This document shows positions 1-12,023 of a stretch of DNA of 64,000 bases, piece after piece. Under the pieces are notes generated by a model. The model searched no databases. It saw only the letters and a list, made by a program, of their open reading frames with translations, and was not told the DNA's origin. Origin of the DNA: Antechinus flavipes (Eukaryota); the NCBI RefSeq assembly GCF_016432865.1, contig NC_067400.1, positions 255,254,001 to 255,318,000 on the forward strand, given 5' to 3'. Every line of letters begins with the position of its first letter. The first letter of the stretch is position 1. The position numbers and the translations under genes are program-made.

Positions 1-72
1 ATATATATATATATATACACACATACATATACGTATGTGTGTGTGTATATATATATATATATACACACATAC
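1..72. repeat. (TA)n/(CA)n/(TG)n compound microsatellite
   Basis: Visible alternating dinucleotide runs at the window start. Confidence 0.9.
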
Positions 73-300
73 AGAAAGCTATCTACAGAGTACATAAAAG
101 TAATCTTTTGGGGGCCCAGAAGATGGCACTAACAGCTGCCAGTCATCAGAAAAGGCTTCCAGTAGAAAGGAATACCAGAATTCAACCTTAAATGAATCTA
201 GAGATCTTAAGAGTTGGCATTGAAGAGGAAGAATATTCCAGCCATGATGACAAGATGAAATGTTATATATAGGAAATCTCAAATAGGCCACTTTATCTGG

Positions 301-550
301 TGTATTTGCTTGTCCCTTGTTCTTGAAGAGGACCATAACATCAGGAAGGTGATATCATGACTTGCAAGAGCATTGGATTCAGTAGCTAGATATAGATCAG
401 GATGGCTGAAGAAGGTTAGAAATGCAGTGGAACACCTTAGCTTTTTTAATCTGTTGTCTAATAGACCATGTCTATTCAGTGATTAAGGCTGGGTGAGAAA
501 TTTGAGAAAGAATGGCTTCTTTTACTTAGTCAAAAAACAAAATCAATCCC
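301..550. mobile_element. Marsupial interspersed repeat (family not named); second partial copy at ~945-1005
   Basis: ttgtcc..ttcttgaagaggaccat..catcaggaaggtgat..catgacttgc occurs at ~310-366 and again, diverged, at ~948-1004. Confidence 0.55.
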
Positions 551-2256
551 AGCAGATCCTCAGGTTTCTGGCCAAAACAGAAATAATTGCTATTTACACT
601 CACTCTGAGCTCAAAACTATAACTAGAAGAGGCTTGGATTGGGACCTATTATTGGCCAATCAGTGAGAACCACAATAATTTGGGTTTTAAGGCTTGCTTC
701 TTGAAAGAGAAATGTAGCCTAAAAACCTAAAAACCCAAGATATTTTGCTAGGTTTGAAAAATCAAATTTTATATTGCTTTGGGCAGAGCACCCACATGCA
801 AGAGTGATTCTTTGTGGACAGAGGAAGAGGAGGAAGGGAAAGAGGAAAGGAAAAAGGAAGGAATGAGTGAGTGAGCTTCATTGCTCAACAGGAATTGGGC
901 AGTTGGGTCCCCAGTGAGGCAGATACTACTAGTACCAATGGTGTTTTTTTGTCCTTTATTTTTGAAGAGGACCATGATATCAGGAAAGTGATGTCGTGAC
1001 TTGCTCCTCCTAAGCTGTCTGGGCCCAGCAGCAAAATAGATCCTCTTTTTGTGCCTCCTTCTCCTCATCCCCACCCTGCCTACTATGAAGAGTGTATGAA
1101 AGGGAGTGTTAATGTCGATTTTTCTTGAAGTAGAGGGGAAATTTGGAAAGAGTTAAATAGTTGTGGAGATGAAAATTTAAAAAAGATCTTTTGTTGTTAT
1201 GGATAATTTTTTGTGTATATTAATTGCTTACATTAGCTGTACATCAGATTTTTAAATTTTTCACTGCTTAAAATATTAAGTGTAATAGCATTATATTCAT
1301 CTCCTTAGAAATCTTCTCAGAACAAAGATTATAACAGTTGTCCTGGGTAAGGAGATTAAATAATAGTCTGGCTTCTAGCACAGGGATCATAAATGGCTGA
1401 GAAAGAAGCATTGATGCTTGTGTAGGCAAGCTGTCCCAGGCTTGACTGAAGAAGGTACACATAAGACTTGATAAGTAGAAGTGGATATCTAGTTTGTAGA
1501 TTACTAGATGTCTGTTGCTTAACACCTCCTGCTAGGACTTCTCAACTCATAATATAGGTCTTAGAGTCATAGGTTAGAACTGGAAAGAACCTTAAATTCA
1601 TCTAGTTTAGGGATTCTTAATTTAGGGTGTAGAAAATAATTTTTAAAAATATTGATAATTTACAATTTAATTGATTTTCTTTGTTAAGACTGTCTTTTAT
1701 TTAAAAACAATCTGATTAGAATTCCATAGACTTTATCATATTGCGAAAAAGGTAGATTATAACACAATAAAAGAATAAGAACTTATACTCTAGTCCAGCA
1801 CTATCCTATTATAGATGATGAAATTGAGGCTTTGGGAGTGAAATGACTTTCAATTAGAATTAAAAAATGTTAAAAAAGAAGGAATTCAAATACAAATCTT
1901 CTGACACCAAGTCTAGAATTCTTCCAATTGCCTTATAGGTGTTTTATTACAAATGATTGTTCTTCAAATTAGAAAAAAATGAATGAAAACCATATGGTTT
2001 TTAAATCCATAAAACATATACTTGAGAAAGACTCAATTTTTAAAGACTTTTGGAGCTTATTCACCTTGTCATAGACAGCCAATTGCTTCAAATTCTAGAA
2101 TTTTATGAGGAAGTCAAAGTTATTTATACTATACCTCTATGTTCACCCACTTGAGCTAAAAAGGATCATTTTTAATACTGTTTAAGGGATTCTTTGAGTT
2201 AGTCAAACCTAATCAATAGTCAGTTTACCAAGAATTGAACAAATCAGATCAGCTCT

Positions 2257-2306
2257 CAATAAACATTTATTAAGCACCTGCTATATGCAGGGCATTGTGC
2301 TAAAAC
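2257..2306 (-). mobile_element. L2 3'-end fragment
   Basis: caataaacatttattaagcacctgctatatgcagggcattgtgcta is the reverse complement of the typical L2 3' terminus. Confidence 0.7.
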
Positions 2307-2601
2307 ATTCTTTAATAGTCATTAGGGAGGATGAACAACTTTCATCCAAAATTTTAGGTAAAGGGCAAAATACATAATAAAAATGGAGTGTATGAAAATA
2401 TTAACTTGGTATTCAAGGTAAATCTGCACATATCCTAGAGGGCAATGGAGATAGGAGGATTTAGAAATTCTCAAAGCATACATAGTTCAGTAAGGAAATC
2501 CTTTTCCTTCAGTACATCTTTTTTCCTCCTCTGATTGTATTTCTGATAATGAAATTTGGGGTGAGGAAACGTATCTTTTTAGAATTCTTTTTTTCCTTCA
2601 G

Positions 2602-2778
2602 CTGAACAGCCTTTGGACAAATTAGGGCAGCCTAAGGATCCAAATCTTGAAGATGGGGCTATTATTTGTGAACATGGTGAAGAAGAAATGGAAGTGGAGA
2701 GTGAGAAGGAAGAAGAAAAGCCAAAAGTTGGTGGAACTTTTTCAAATGCTCTGTCTTCTTTGAATGTTTTACGTCCAG
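2602..2778 (+). CDS. PAXBP1: PAXBP1 exon 3 (177 nt)
   Basis: ttccttcag|CT GAA CAG... encodes EQPLDKLGQPKDPNLEDGAIICEHGEEEMEVESEKEEEKPKVGGTFSNALSSLNVLRP; donor CAG|gtatgt. Confidence 0.95.
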
Positions 2779-3738
2779 GTATGTACTTACAAAAAATTGA
2801 TAATGCCAAATTAGCATGTCAATTGTAGAGTGACCTACGACAGGTTGCTTGAGATCTCTATTTTCTGAAGGAGAAGACAGCGTTGCAATCAGTTTATTTT
2901 TTGTAACGTTGCTTAGAAGTAGATGTAATACAGAAGATTGTAGTCTCATTTCTAGATGGGGGTGGGGGAACCACTAAGGTTTTTCCAAAATAATGTGCAT
3001 GTTGCAAATTTTATCTGTACAGAAGGAGGTTATGTATAACTTGAATAAATGTAAGCATAGAATTACTTGAAAATTGATTACCTTTCTTCTTTGTCCAAGA
3101 GAAGTCAGAATTCCAATTTAGCCATATACATGTTAACATCTAAACATCATCACTTTAGCCCAGTTCTGAAACTTATAAGCGGTATTCAACTGTCTTTTTA
3201 AAACTATTGTTTTTAAATTTTGGCAAATCACTAAGAACCTTAAGTTTGTTTATTTCCCTTTTGGGTAAAACCTCTTAAACAATTTGTAGTAACATAATCA
3301 GTTTTAAAAGCTGTTGCCATAGTCTTTATTTTATCCTATTCTACCCTTTATGCTAACTCCCTGCTCCTTGATCCTGTACTAACATTCTCAAACAAATTCA
3401 TAGTCAGGTGCTCCTCAATTAAAAGAAAAAATACCTTTTTAATTGATTTCTTTTAAAAGATCATTTTCAAATATCCTTCCCTGTTTTTTTAGCTAGTTTA
3501 GCTTGTAATAAAAATTGTTTTTAAAAGAAGGGGGAAGAAAGCAGCTCAACAAAACTAATCAATGATATAATGTTTTAAACCCATAATTGCCCTACTTCTA
3601 CAAAGCAGGGAAGTCCATTTTCTCTTCTGCAGGACAGAGCTTTTTCATAATAATTACTTGCCATTCAGTTTGTTTTGTTTTGATTGAACTCTAACATGGA
3701 AGCCAAATTATATTTAGAAAACAAGTATTTGTTTTTAG

Positions 3739-3960
3739 GGGAAATCCCAGATGCTGCTTTTATTCATGCTGCTAGGAAGAAACGTCAGATGGCTCGAGAA
3801 CTTGGTGATTTTGCACCTCATGATCATGAACCTGGTAAAGGCCGCCTTGTTCGAGAAGATGAAAATGATGCCAGTGATGATGATGATGATGACGAAAAGC
3901 GTCGAATAGTTTTCTCTGTCAAAGAAAAGTCACAGCGGCAAAAAATAGCAGAGGAAATAG
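3739..3960 (+). CDS. PAXBP1: PAXBP1 exon 4 (222 nt)
   Basis: gtttttag|GG; encodes GEIPDAAFIHAARKKRQMARELGDF...KSQRQKIAEEI; donor TAG|gtaaca; phase matches exon 3. Confidence 0.97.
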
Positions 3961-5512
3961 GTAACATTTTAATAGAGTAGTAATCTCATTAAGATGCTAA
4001 TAAATGAACCATACATTTTTAGCAACCATAGTCATCTTGTTAGCATGGGTATTCTCACACAGTTGGCACAAATGCTTTCTCATCCTCTACAGTTTTTGTC
4101 TATGGAATTCAGGGAGGGGGGGGAGGAGAGAGAGAAAGAGAGAATGTGTGTGTGTACACACATGTTAAAAAAAATTGATGGGTTCTAGTGTAGCTCTTAG
4201 ACTTCTATTTGGGCTTTTGTTCTTACTATATGTCCTGCCTATCTTCTTGCCTGATCATACATTTCTTGGATATTGTCTTTAGTATAGCATTTTATGTTTT
4301 AATTGTCATTGCTGTTATTCTAGTTCCTACTTCTTGCCTACCTTGCCTTTTATTTTTTTAATCTTTGATTTTATTTTATTTTTTCACTTAACAAGTATTT
4401 CTTTTTTTTTTTTTTCCTTTTCTACCATGCCTTATATATATAACCCACAATTTTGATTCTTTAGAGATTGCCTTGTTTGGAGCCATTCAGTATCAATAGT
4501 CAAAGACAGGTGGTTACAAAAAAATGTATTTATATTAGGAAGATACTGCAAAATTTTCCAAATGCCATTTGTCCTGCTGTTTTACTAAGTTTTAGATTTA
4601 GCAGATGTTGGAGAGTCTGTCCATATAATTCTACATAATAAGTCTGGCAAAAAATATTTTTAATTCATTTGTTTTTCCCAGTGTACGTTGTTGAGCTTAT
4701 CACATTAAAGGAGTCTTAGGATCTTGATAATGTGGCAGTGAAAAAGGGGAAGGAAAATTCTTGTAATTTTCTCTATATTTAAGTCAGTTTTGTGAGATAA
4801 TTAAAGAGACCCACTAACAAAAATATCTGCAAAAGTCTTCCTTTTCCCTGCTCATTTCATGAACTAGAGCCAAATTTTTACATATATATCATTTTCTTAA
4901 GTTTTTGATCATAAGAGAAAGTTAGAAACATGGATAATTAGTTCTGATGTCCTCATAATCGCTTTAAAAAAATACCATCTTGAAAATTGGTCCCACAGTT
5001 CTTTTATTGTCACTGCCAGCATGAATTTCTTTTTTTGTGCATTCGGTTTGGTCCAAATAACTTCTGAAATTTTGAGTACCCAGGTATGGTTCCACTGATA
5101 ATGATAAGAATAGATTACTATTTTGTTAGAATAGCTGACAGATCTTATTTTATTTTCCATCATTTGTATTTGTATTATGGGTCATCTTAGTCAATGAATG
5201 TCTTAACCCAGGAGCTAACCTATTAGTGATGAAATTCTAGAATCTCTTTGTACTTAGGAAGGCTAATCTTTGAAGAGCAGACTTTGTAAATGACATACTC
5301 AAAATCTTTCCAATATCATTGAATCTATCAGCGCTTCAGTTACACTGGCATAGTTTTAAAGAACCCAAAGATATTTCCACATCAAGCAACGAAGTGTAGG
5401 ACATTTATGCAAGTGTGTTCTATGTGAATGAAAACCTAAAGCAAAAAATTGAACTTAAAATAAGGCTTACTGGGATATATTTCACATTTTTGAAAAATTT
5501 ATGTTTGTTTAG

Positions 5513-5616
5513 GTATTGAGGGGAGTGATGATGAAGCCTTAGTAACTGGGGAACAGGATGAAGAACTAAGTCGATGGGAACAAGAGCAGATAAGAAAAGG
5601 AATTAACATACCTCAG
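5513..5616 (+). CDS. PAXBP1: PAXBP1 exon 5 (104 nt), followed by a GC donor
   Basis: tttgtttag|GT ATT GAG; encodes GIEGSDDEALVTGEQDEELSRWEQEQIRKGINIPQ; donor CAG|gcaagt. Confidence 0.95.
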
Positions 5617-6124
5617 GCAAGTCCTAAAAATTAATTTTATAATGATTTCTTAATGTATTTTTAAAGGTATTAATCAAAATCATTAGTTTTAAAAAAATTA
5701 TATTGACTATTCTTTGTCAGATTACTTCAGCCAACCTTATTACATAAAGCTGTTAGCTATGTCATGTATTATCAGATTTTTGAGGAGAATCCTATTAGAA
5801 TATAGGAAAAGGATATTGAAATTCAGTAGTTTCCAATAAAATTACATGTGACTAATAGAAAAATGTTAATGGAATTTTAGAAGAGGCTATATTAATGTTT
5901 TGTTTTTTCTAGACAGGAAAAAAAAATAGATTTTTCTGTTTCCTCAGATAAAATTGTTGGGTAGAGATACCCATGCCTGTTATTTTAACTGCTACTTAAA
6001 GAAGAAAGTGATAACTAATTTGCACTTTTAGAAAATTATAGACAGGTATATTTAATAGAAGGTAAAACTAAGTTTTAGATTCAAAGTAACAATGCCCAGA
6101 GGAAATAGCTTATCTTGGAATATT

Positions 6125-6215
6125 AAGACCTGATTATGGGTGCTAACACTGAGTAGCTCTATGACTTTGAGCTTCTCTGAGCCTCAGTTTCCTCATCTAT
6201 AAAATGGTACTAATA
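6125..6215 (+). mobile_element. MIR core fragment
   Basis: ctctgagcctcagtttcctcatctataaaatgg is the CORE-SINE core. Confidence 0.6.
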
Positions 6216-6350
6216 TTGTTTTAACTCATTAGGCCTGTAGTAAATTGAAAAGCACATGGGCAGTTATTTGACATCTTCCATTTAAAATATGTAATGTGAA
6301 AGATTTCTAACTTCATAATATAAATTACAGCTGATACCACTATTCTTGGT

Positions 6351-6603
6351 AGAGGTGTTCTGGTAAATGTTTAATAATCAACTTTCTGTTGCAGAAGGGG
6401 GGAGGGTGTGTGTGTATATATCCACAATATATTTTAAATTAAACACAAGTTTAATTTTCATTATTAACATTTTCTCCATTTTCTCAAGTCTAGACAGTCA
6501 ACAAAACAATAAATCAAACCCTGATTTGTAGCATTGGCTCACTTTGAAATTTTTAACAGTCAGCTCTCACAAGCCAGTACAAGCTGGCTCTTGCACATTC
6601 CAG
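6351..6603. mobile_element. Degenerate hAT-type MITE-like DNA transposon relic
   Basis: Ends ggtgttctggtaaatgtttaa... and ...agccagtacaagctggctcttgcacattcc resemble mammalian hAT MITE termini; family assignment from memory only. Confidence 0.35.
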
Positions 6604-6749
6604 GTTCTTAATCTAGTATGCCTTTCCTCCTGGAAAAGCCTGAAAAAAAAGGCTGAAGGGACTTAAGTGACCCTTCCATACATTTTATTTGTTGGGACAG
6701 GGAAGTGTTTTAAAGAAAGCTGAGGCAGGGCTTTAGTGGAATGACATGG

Positions 6750-9700
6750 CGATCAGAAGAGTGGAAATTCTTGACTCTTGATATGAGGTTGGAGAATACA
6801 TAAGTGTAATACAGAACACAAAGGATAAGAGAAAGACAGGTATACACTTAGTCCTAAAAACACAGATCTCAGGTTCTAGGCGGTAGCTAGATGTTCTGAG
6901 GAAAAAGCAGCTATCTGTCCTCCAAAGAATGAAAGAGTCCCAGGAACGATTAAGTGAGATCATCCAGTGAGATTCAGAAGAAGAAGTAAAGAGTAAAGGT
7001 GGTGATGGTTAGGGAGTCTTTGTTCAGGGAATTGTATCTTTGTCTTTCTGGGACATTTATCCAAGACATAATACAGACTCCCAAGACTCATCAATACAGA
7101 TGATTCCTATGCATTCTTGGTCATTCACGTGGGTACAAATTATATTGCCAGAAAGAAACTAAGAAGTATTACCAGAGTTGATGAAATCATGAGCAAGGGA
7201 CCAAAGTTGTGTTTTTCACTGAAGGCATTTTTGTAGAAGTGAGAAATTCATTTTAAAAAATGAATAACTGGCTAAAATGATATCTGAGAATGAATTTTGG
7301 ATTTCTGGACCACAGCTTTTAAAATATTGAAATGGAGTATAATTAACAAAGACTGGTAAGAATGTATTTGCTGGCTGTCTTGCAGATCTAATCAAAAGGA
7401 CTTTAAAAAGCAGAGATGAGGGAGAAAACTGCTTATGTATATCTACCAAGCTAGACACCATAGAGAGTAGCTACAATGAAGGCAGAAGAATAGTAGTCGG
7501 GACACCCAGAAGTTCACAGGAGACAAAAATCTAGGAAAAGAGCCAGTACTAAAACTTCACAGCTTAAAATGGCTATTCAAATGCCCACAGAGTAGGCAAC
7601 AAGCAAGAGGAACAAAAGGTGAATTTGACCTCATAGGCATCAGAGACTTGGTGAGATGAAACCCATGACTGTAATGTTCAACTGAATGATCATACTTAAT
7701 TCAAAGAGTGAAGCTAGGTAAAAAGGGGGGAAAGAGGAGGAGGGTTAGTGTCATATATTAAGTATTTACTTAATACTATTACTGAGAAAATCAGGAATCA
7801 CAGGGAGGAAGCATGGTGGAGAATGTACAATATAATAACTGCAAGGGACCTCAGATGCCAGCTAGTCCAACCCTCTCATTTGACAGATGAAGAACTGAGA
7901 CCCAGGGAGATTAAGTGACTTGCCCAGTATCACACACTATATCAGATCAGGATTTGAACCCAGGTCCTCGGATTCTAGTGCCAGTTCTCTTTCTACTGTA
8001 CCATGCAATCTGGGTGAAGATCAATGGAAAGAAAAACCAAAAGGGATGTCGTTAGACTGTAATATCACTTGGGCAGAAAGAGGAAATAGAGGAGAGAGAG
8101 ACATGAGTCACCAACCTGGCACATTGGTTTGATATAGGAGTGATAGGAAGATTCCTCCATCCAGATATCACCTGAAAAAAGCAGAGCTGCTTTATACCTT
8201 CTTGACTTCTTGAATTGTCTTAATGATATCACTTCATCCTTTAAAAGGTCAAAGAGCCAAAAGGGGGACATTCCAGACTGGAGATAGAGGTTGTTGAGAT
8301 GGAAATGTTGGTAATCTTGGGGAGATCAGTTTGTCCTTGAGTTTGGGATACAGGAAGGGAAAACCAGGCAGAGTCTGGCATGCTCCCTGGATTATGAGGA
8401 AGGAGATTTCAAAGGAAAAATAGATTGGTATTAAAATGTAACAAAGCTACCATTCCACAAACAATAGGAAACTCAAGAAAGAAATTTTGAAGACAAAGGG
8501 AAATAATTTCAGTGAGAAGGAAAAACAGATCATGGTTGAAGATAGTGATGTTGGTGCACAGGGAATTAACTAAGCAAATTAGATTTCAAAGATGAGTACA
8601 GAAGATGGAAGCAGGAGAAAGTAAGCCAGGGTGAATGTAAGTGCCTGGCACAGTGCTGTGACAACAGTGCCAGCAGGGCTGTTGACCAGAAAAGCAGAGG
8701 GTGTCACAGAGAGGTTTACCTAGCCATATTGGGAGAAGAAAGGAATAGAGCCTTGGGGTGAACTGGATGATGATCACTGACAACTGAGAAGGCTGTTCAC
8801 TCTCGTTTTGTTTTCTCAATAAAGGAGAAACACTGGAAATAACAGTTAAAAACAAGGAACAGGAATTTGCTACTCAAGATAAGTAAAGGAGATAGAGAGC
8901 ACCTGACTGACTTTGAATTCAGGTCACTTGGCAAATGGAAACCACATTTTGGTATACTGGACAAATAGCAGGTGTGATTGCTGAGAGATCACTGCAAGAT
9001 TAGAAAACAAATGTCCTGATTTTATAAAAGGAAAGAGAACAGAGTTTATAAATTATAAGCCAGTCAATTTGACTTTGGTTCTTGGAAACATTTTAGAATG
9101 GATAATTAAAGAAGAGATTAGTGAATATTCAACTAAGCAGTGATGACAGAGAGCTAGCATGGCAGGTTGTGCTAAATTAGACTGCCTTCCACCCCCTTTT
9201 TGATCTCATTATTAAATTGGTAGATTTGAAGGTGTTAAAAATAATTTACTTAGATTTTGGTAAATCATTTGATTAAAATCTCATGGGGAAAAAAGGAATA
9301 TAGGCTAGGTAAAATAATAAAGTTATATATGAATTCAGAGCAGATAGAATGTCTGGCCTCAGAGTGATCAGTTATAACTCACTGTTAACTTGGCAGAATA
9401 TCCCAGGAATTTGTGTTTGACCCTGTGCTGTTTAGCATTTATCATTGGCTTGGATACTAATATGAGTGGCATATTCATTAGAGAGTATAGATTGTGAGGA
9501 ATGGCTAACACTGGATTACATTTTGGATTTCAAAAGATAATGATCAAAATGATCAAAAGATAATGCATATAATAAGATTAAAGAGAATAAGATTCCAAAA
9601 ATAAACTTCAATTTCTGGATTGGGGAAGAATAGTTAAATAGGAGTTTGCCAGAAAACAATCTGAGAATGTTGGTGAACTTATAGTGGGGGCTTTTACAAC

Positions 9701-10285
9701 CCCACAGTCAGCAGCAGGCTGTCAAAAAAAGGTATTGCAGTAATAAGAGAGGAACATCTTCCAGGAATAAGGAGAAAGCAAATAGCACCTCTGTGCTCTA
9801 CCCTGGTTAAATGTACTGTTTATATATTGTTGCATAGTGATTTAAGAATGGATATTGATAAATTGAAGAGAATCCAGAGGAGGGCACTTAGGAAAATGAA
9901 AGACTTGATTTCATCTTATACACAAGGATAAATTGAAGGAACTAGAAATAGATGGAGACCTGTAGAAGAGGTGGCTCAGGAAAAATAAGAAAGCTGTCAT
10001 TAGGTATTTTAAGGACTTTCATTTGAAAGGTGTGATTTGGTCCCAGAAAGCAAACACTGGAACAATGCTGCAAAGGGATAGATTTAGGTTTGCTGTCAGG
10101 AAAAATTTCTAACAATTAGAGCTGTCCAAAAATGGAATCACCTGCCTCAAGTTATTATTGGTTTCCCTTCATTGGAGGTCTTCCAGCAGGAGCTGGATCA
10201 CAGCTTGTCATGTGTGTTGATAGTAGACATCGCTTCTGTCTTTGGGTTAGCTAAATGACTGCTAGTAACTCTACAGCTCTAGGAT
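6750..10285 (+). mobile_element. Near full-length L3/CR1 LINE relic (decayed ORF1 esterase, ORF2 endonuclease/RT, 3' end)
   Basis: ORF1-like VVMVRESLFRG (6999-7031), VIHVGTN (7120-7140), TKTGKNVFAGCLADLIKRTL (~7346-7408). ORF2-like start from ~7560 (aatgcccacagagtaggcaacaagcaagaggaa...tttgacctcataggcatcagagacttgg). L3-type 3' end tttcccttcattggaggtcttccagcag... Many stops and frameshifts. Confidence 0.8.
7845..8005 (-). mobile_element. MIR/MIR3 SINE nested in the L3 element
   Basis: tagtccaaccctctcatttgacagatgaagaactgagacccagggagattaagtgacttgccc...ggatttgaacccagg is the reverse of a MIR core and head. Confidence 0.8.
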
Positions 10286-10639
10286 AAATAGCTGACATTG
10301 GTATGTGACTTTTAAGGTTTGCAAAATTGCAACTTTGTAAGGTAGGTTATGAAGGTTACAAATGTTGTCACTGGCTACAACTGGATACAAGTAGCATCAT
10401 GTGAGGAAACTGACGCTCAGATGTTAGTGACTCAGCCACAATCCATCTGTGTGGTAAAAGACTTCATGACTCCAGTCCAGTGCCCTTTCTGCACTTGATG
10501 CTGCCTCCCTTTGAGGAGAGCAGAATAAATTTGGAATATTTTTTATAAACCATACCGATAAAAATTATCTTCATCTTGAGTAAATCTTTTTTGATGATGC
10601 CAGAATTTTACAAGTCCTTAATTGGTATGCTGGGCTGAG

Positions 10640-10800
10640 AAGAAACTAGTAAAAAGAGCACAGGAATCACAATGAGGAGACCTGAATTCTAATTCTATCA
10701 CTAACCAGTTCTGTGACCTTGAGCCAAATAATTTCACTTATTTGATCCTCAGTTTCCTTCTCTTTACATATGGAGTTGGACTAGATAATTTCTGAACTCT
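10640..10800 (+). mobile_element. MIR3-like SINE
   Basis: gagacctgaattctaattctatcactaaccagttctgtgaccttg...cctcagtttcc...ggactagataatttctga. Confidence 0.65.
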
Positions 10801-11089
10801 TTTTTTTTTTTTTTTTCCTTTTAGCATTCTCTAATAATAATTCTGTCAATTGTTAGGCATCAATTGAAGGTCTGTTAAAATTAAAAATATATCTCTGTAG
10901 GCTCCCCCTTTTGTTCCCTTATGGTTTTTGTTTGCTTTTGAAGAAATGTGTAATACTAAATTTTAACTAATTTAAAATTTTAAATGCATTTTAAGTCTAA
11001 GTTGGGGGCAATTTCTATTGGAATTGTATTTTACTCCATATTGACAGTTGCATTTTAGTATTTCATGTATCACATGCCTTCTTTTATAG

Positions 11090-11307
11090 GTTCAAGCAAG
11101 TCAGCCTGCAGAAGTAAATATGTACTACCAAAATACATACCAGACAATACCTTATGGTTCGTCGTACGGCATTCCTTACAGTTATACAGCCTATNNNNNN
11201 NNNNNNNNNNNNNNNNNNNNNNNNNNNNNNNNNNNNNNNNNNNNNNNNNNNNNNNNNNNNNNNNNNNNNNNNNNNNNNNNNNNNNNNNNNNNNNNNNNNN
11301 NNNNNNN
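11090..11307 (+). CDS. PAXBP1: PAXBP1 exon 6 (3' part masked by N; end predicted)
   Basis: cttttatag|GTT CAA; encodes VQASQPAEVNMYYQNTYQTIPYGSSYGIPYSYTAY, then N from 11195. The end assumes the human 218-nt length. Confidence 0.85.
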
Positions 11308-11334
11308 NNNNNNNNNNNNNNNNNNNNNNNNNNN
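11195..11334. other. N-run (140 nt)
   Basis: Directly visible. Confidence 0.99.
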
Positions 11335-11807
11335 TGTCTTCTAGCTTTCTGTTCCCTCAGGCAACATTTAGTCTGGGGTAGCAGACGCAGAACATCATCA
11401 ATGAAGAGCCACTGGCCCATCTTCAGAAACTAAACAGAAGATGACATCATACTCTGTTCTGCTACCTCCTTGGATTACTTCTGTGGAAGCCTGGAAAAAA
11501 TTATAAAAATGTCACCATATGATCTTGTTGAAGACAAATCTGATTTTCTACCTTCTGGACACTGAAAAAGTGTAGTCAAGATTTGGGGGGAGAAAGCAAA
11601 ACAAAGAATGAGAATTCGGTTAGCCTATCAAATATGTCTGAAAAATCCCTAAAAAGAAAAAAAAAAAGCAGTGCAGATGAAAAGTGCATTTTTTCATACT
11701 TTAACATTGGAACTAATTGCATTATAATGTAATATTGCAAGTGTCCTGACAACTTAAAGTTTTGGAGATGAATTTGCTATATTTATCCTTTTTTTTTCAT
11801 TTCTAAG

Positions 11808-11997
11808 GTTAGACTCCTTGAAAGAATTGCACAAAGCAAATCGNNNNNNNNNNNNNNNNNNNNNNNNNNNNNNNNNNNNNNNNNNNNNNNNNNNNNNNNN
11901 NNNNNNNNNNNNNNNNNNNNNNNNNNNNNNNNNNNNNNNNNNNNNNNNNNNNNNNNNNNNNNNNNNNNNNNNNNNNNNNNNNNNNNNNNNNNNNNNN
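11808..11997 (+). CDS. PAXBP1: PAXBP1 exon 7 (mostly masked; end predicted)
   Basis: ttcatttctaag|G TTA GAC; encodes LDSLKELHKANR, then N from 11844. The end assumes the human 190-nt length. Confidence 0.82.
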
Positions 11998-12023
11998 NNN
12001 NNNNNNNNNNNNNNNNNNNNNNN
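11844..12023. other. N-run (180 nt)
   Basis: Directly visible. Confidence 0.99.

Noticed and set aside
1-2601. PAXBP1 exons 1-2
   Set aside because: No matching coding sequence or CpG island seen; they lie upstream of the window.
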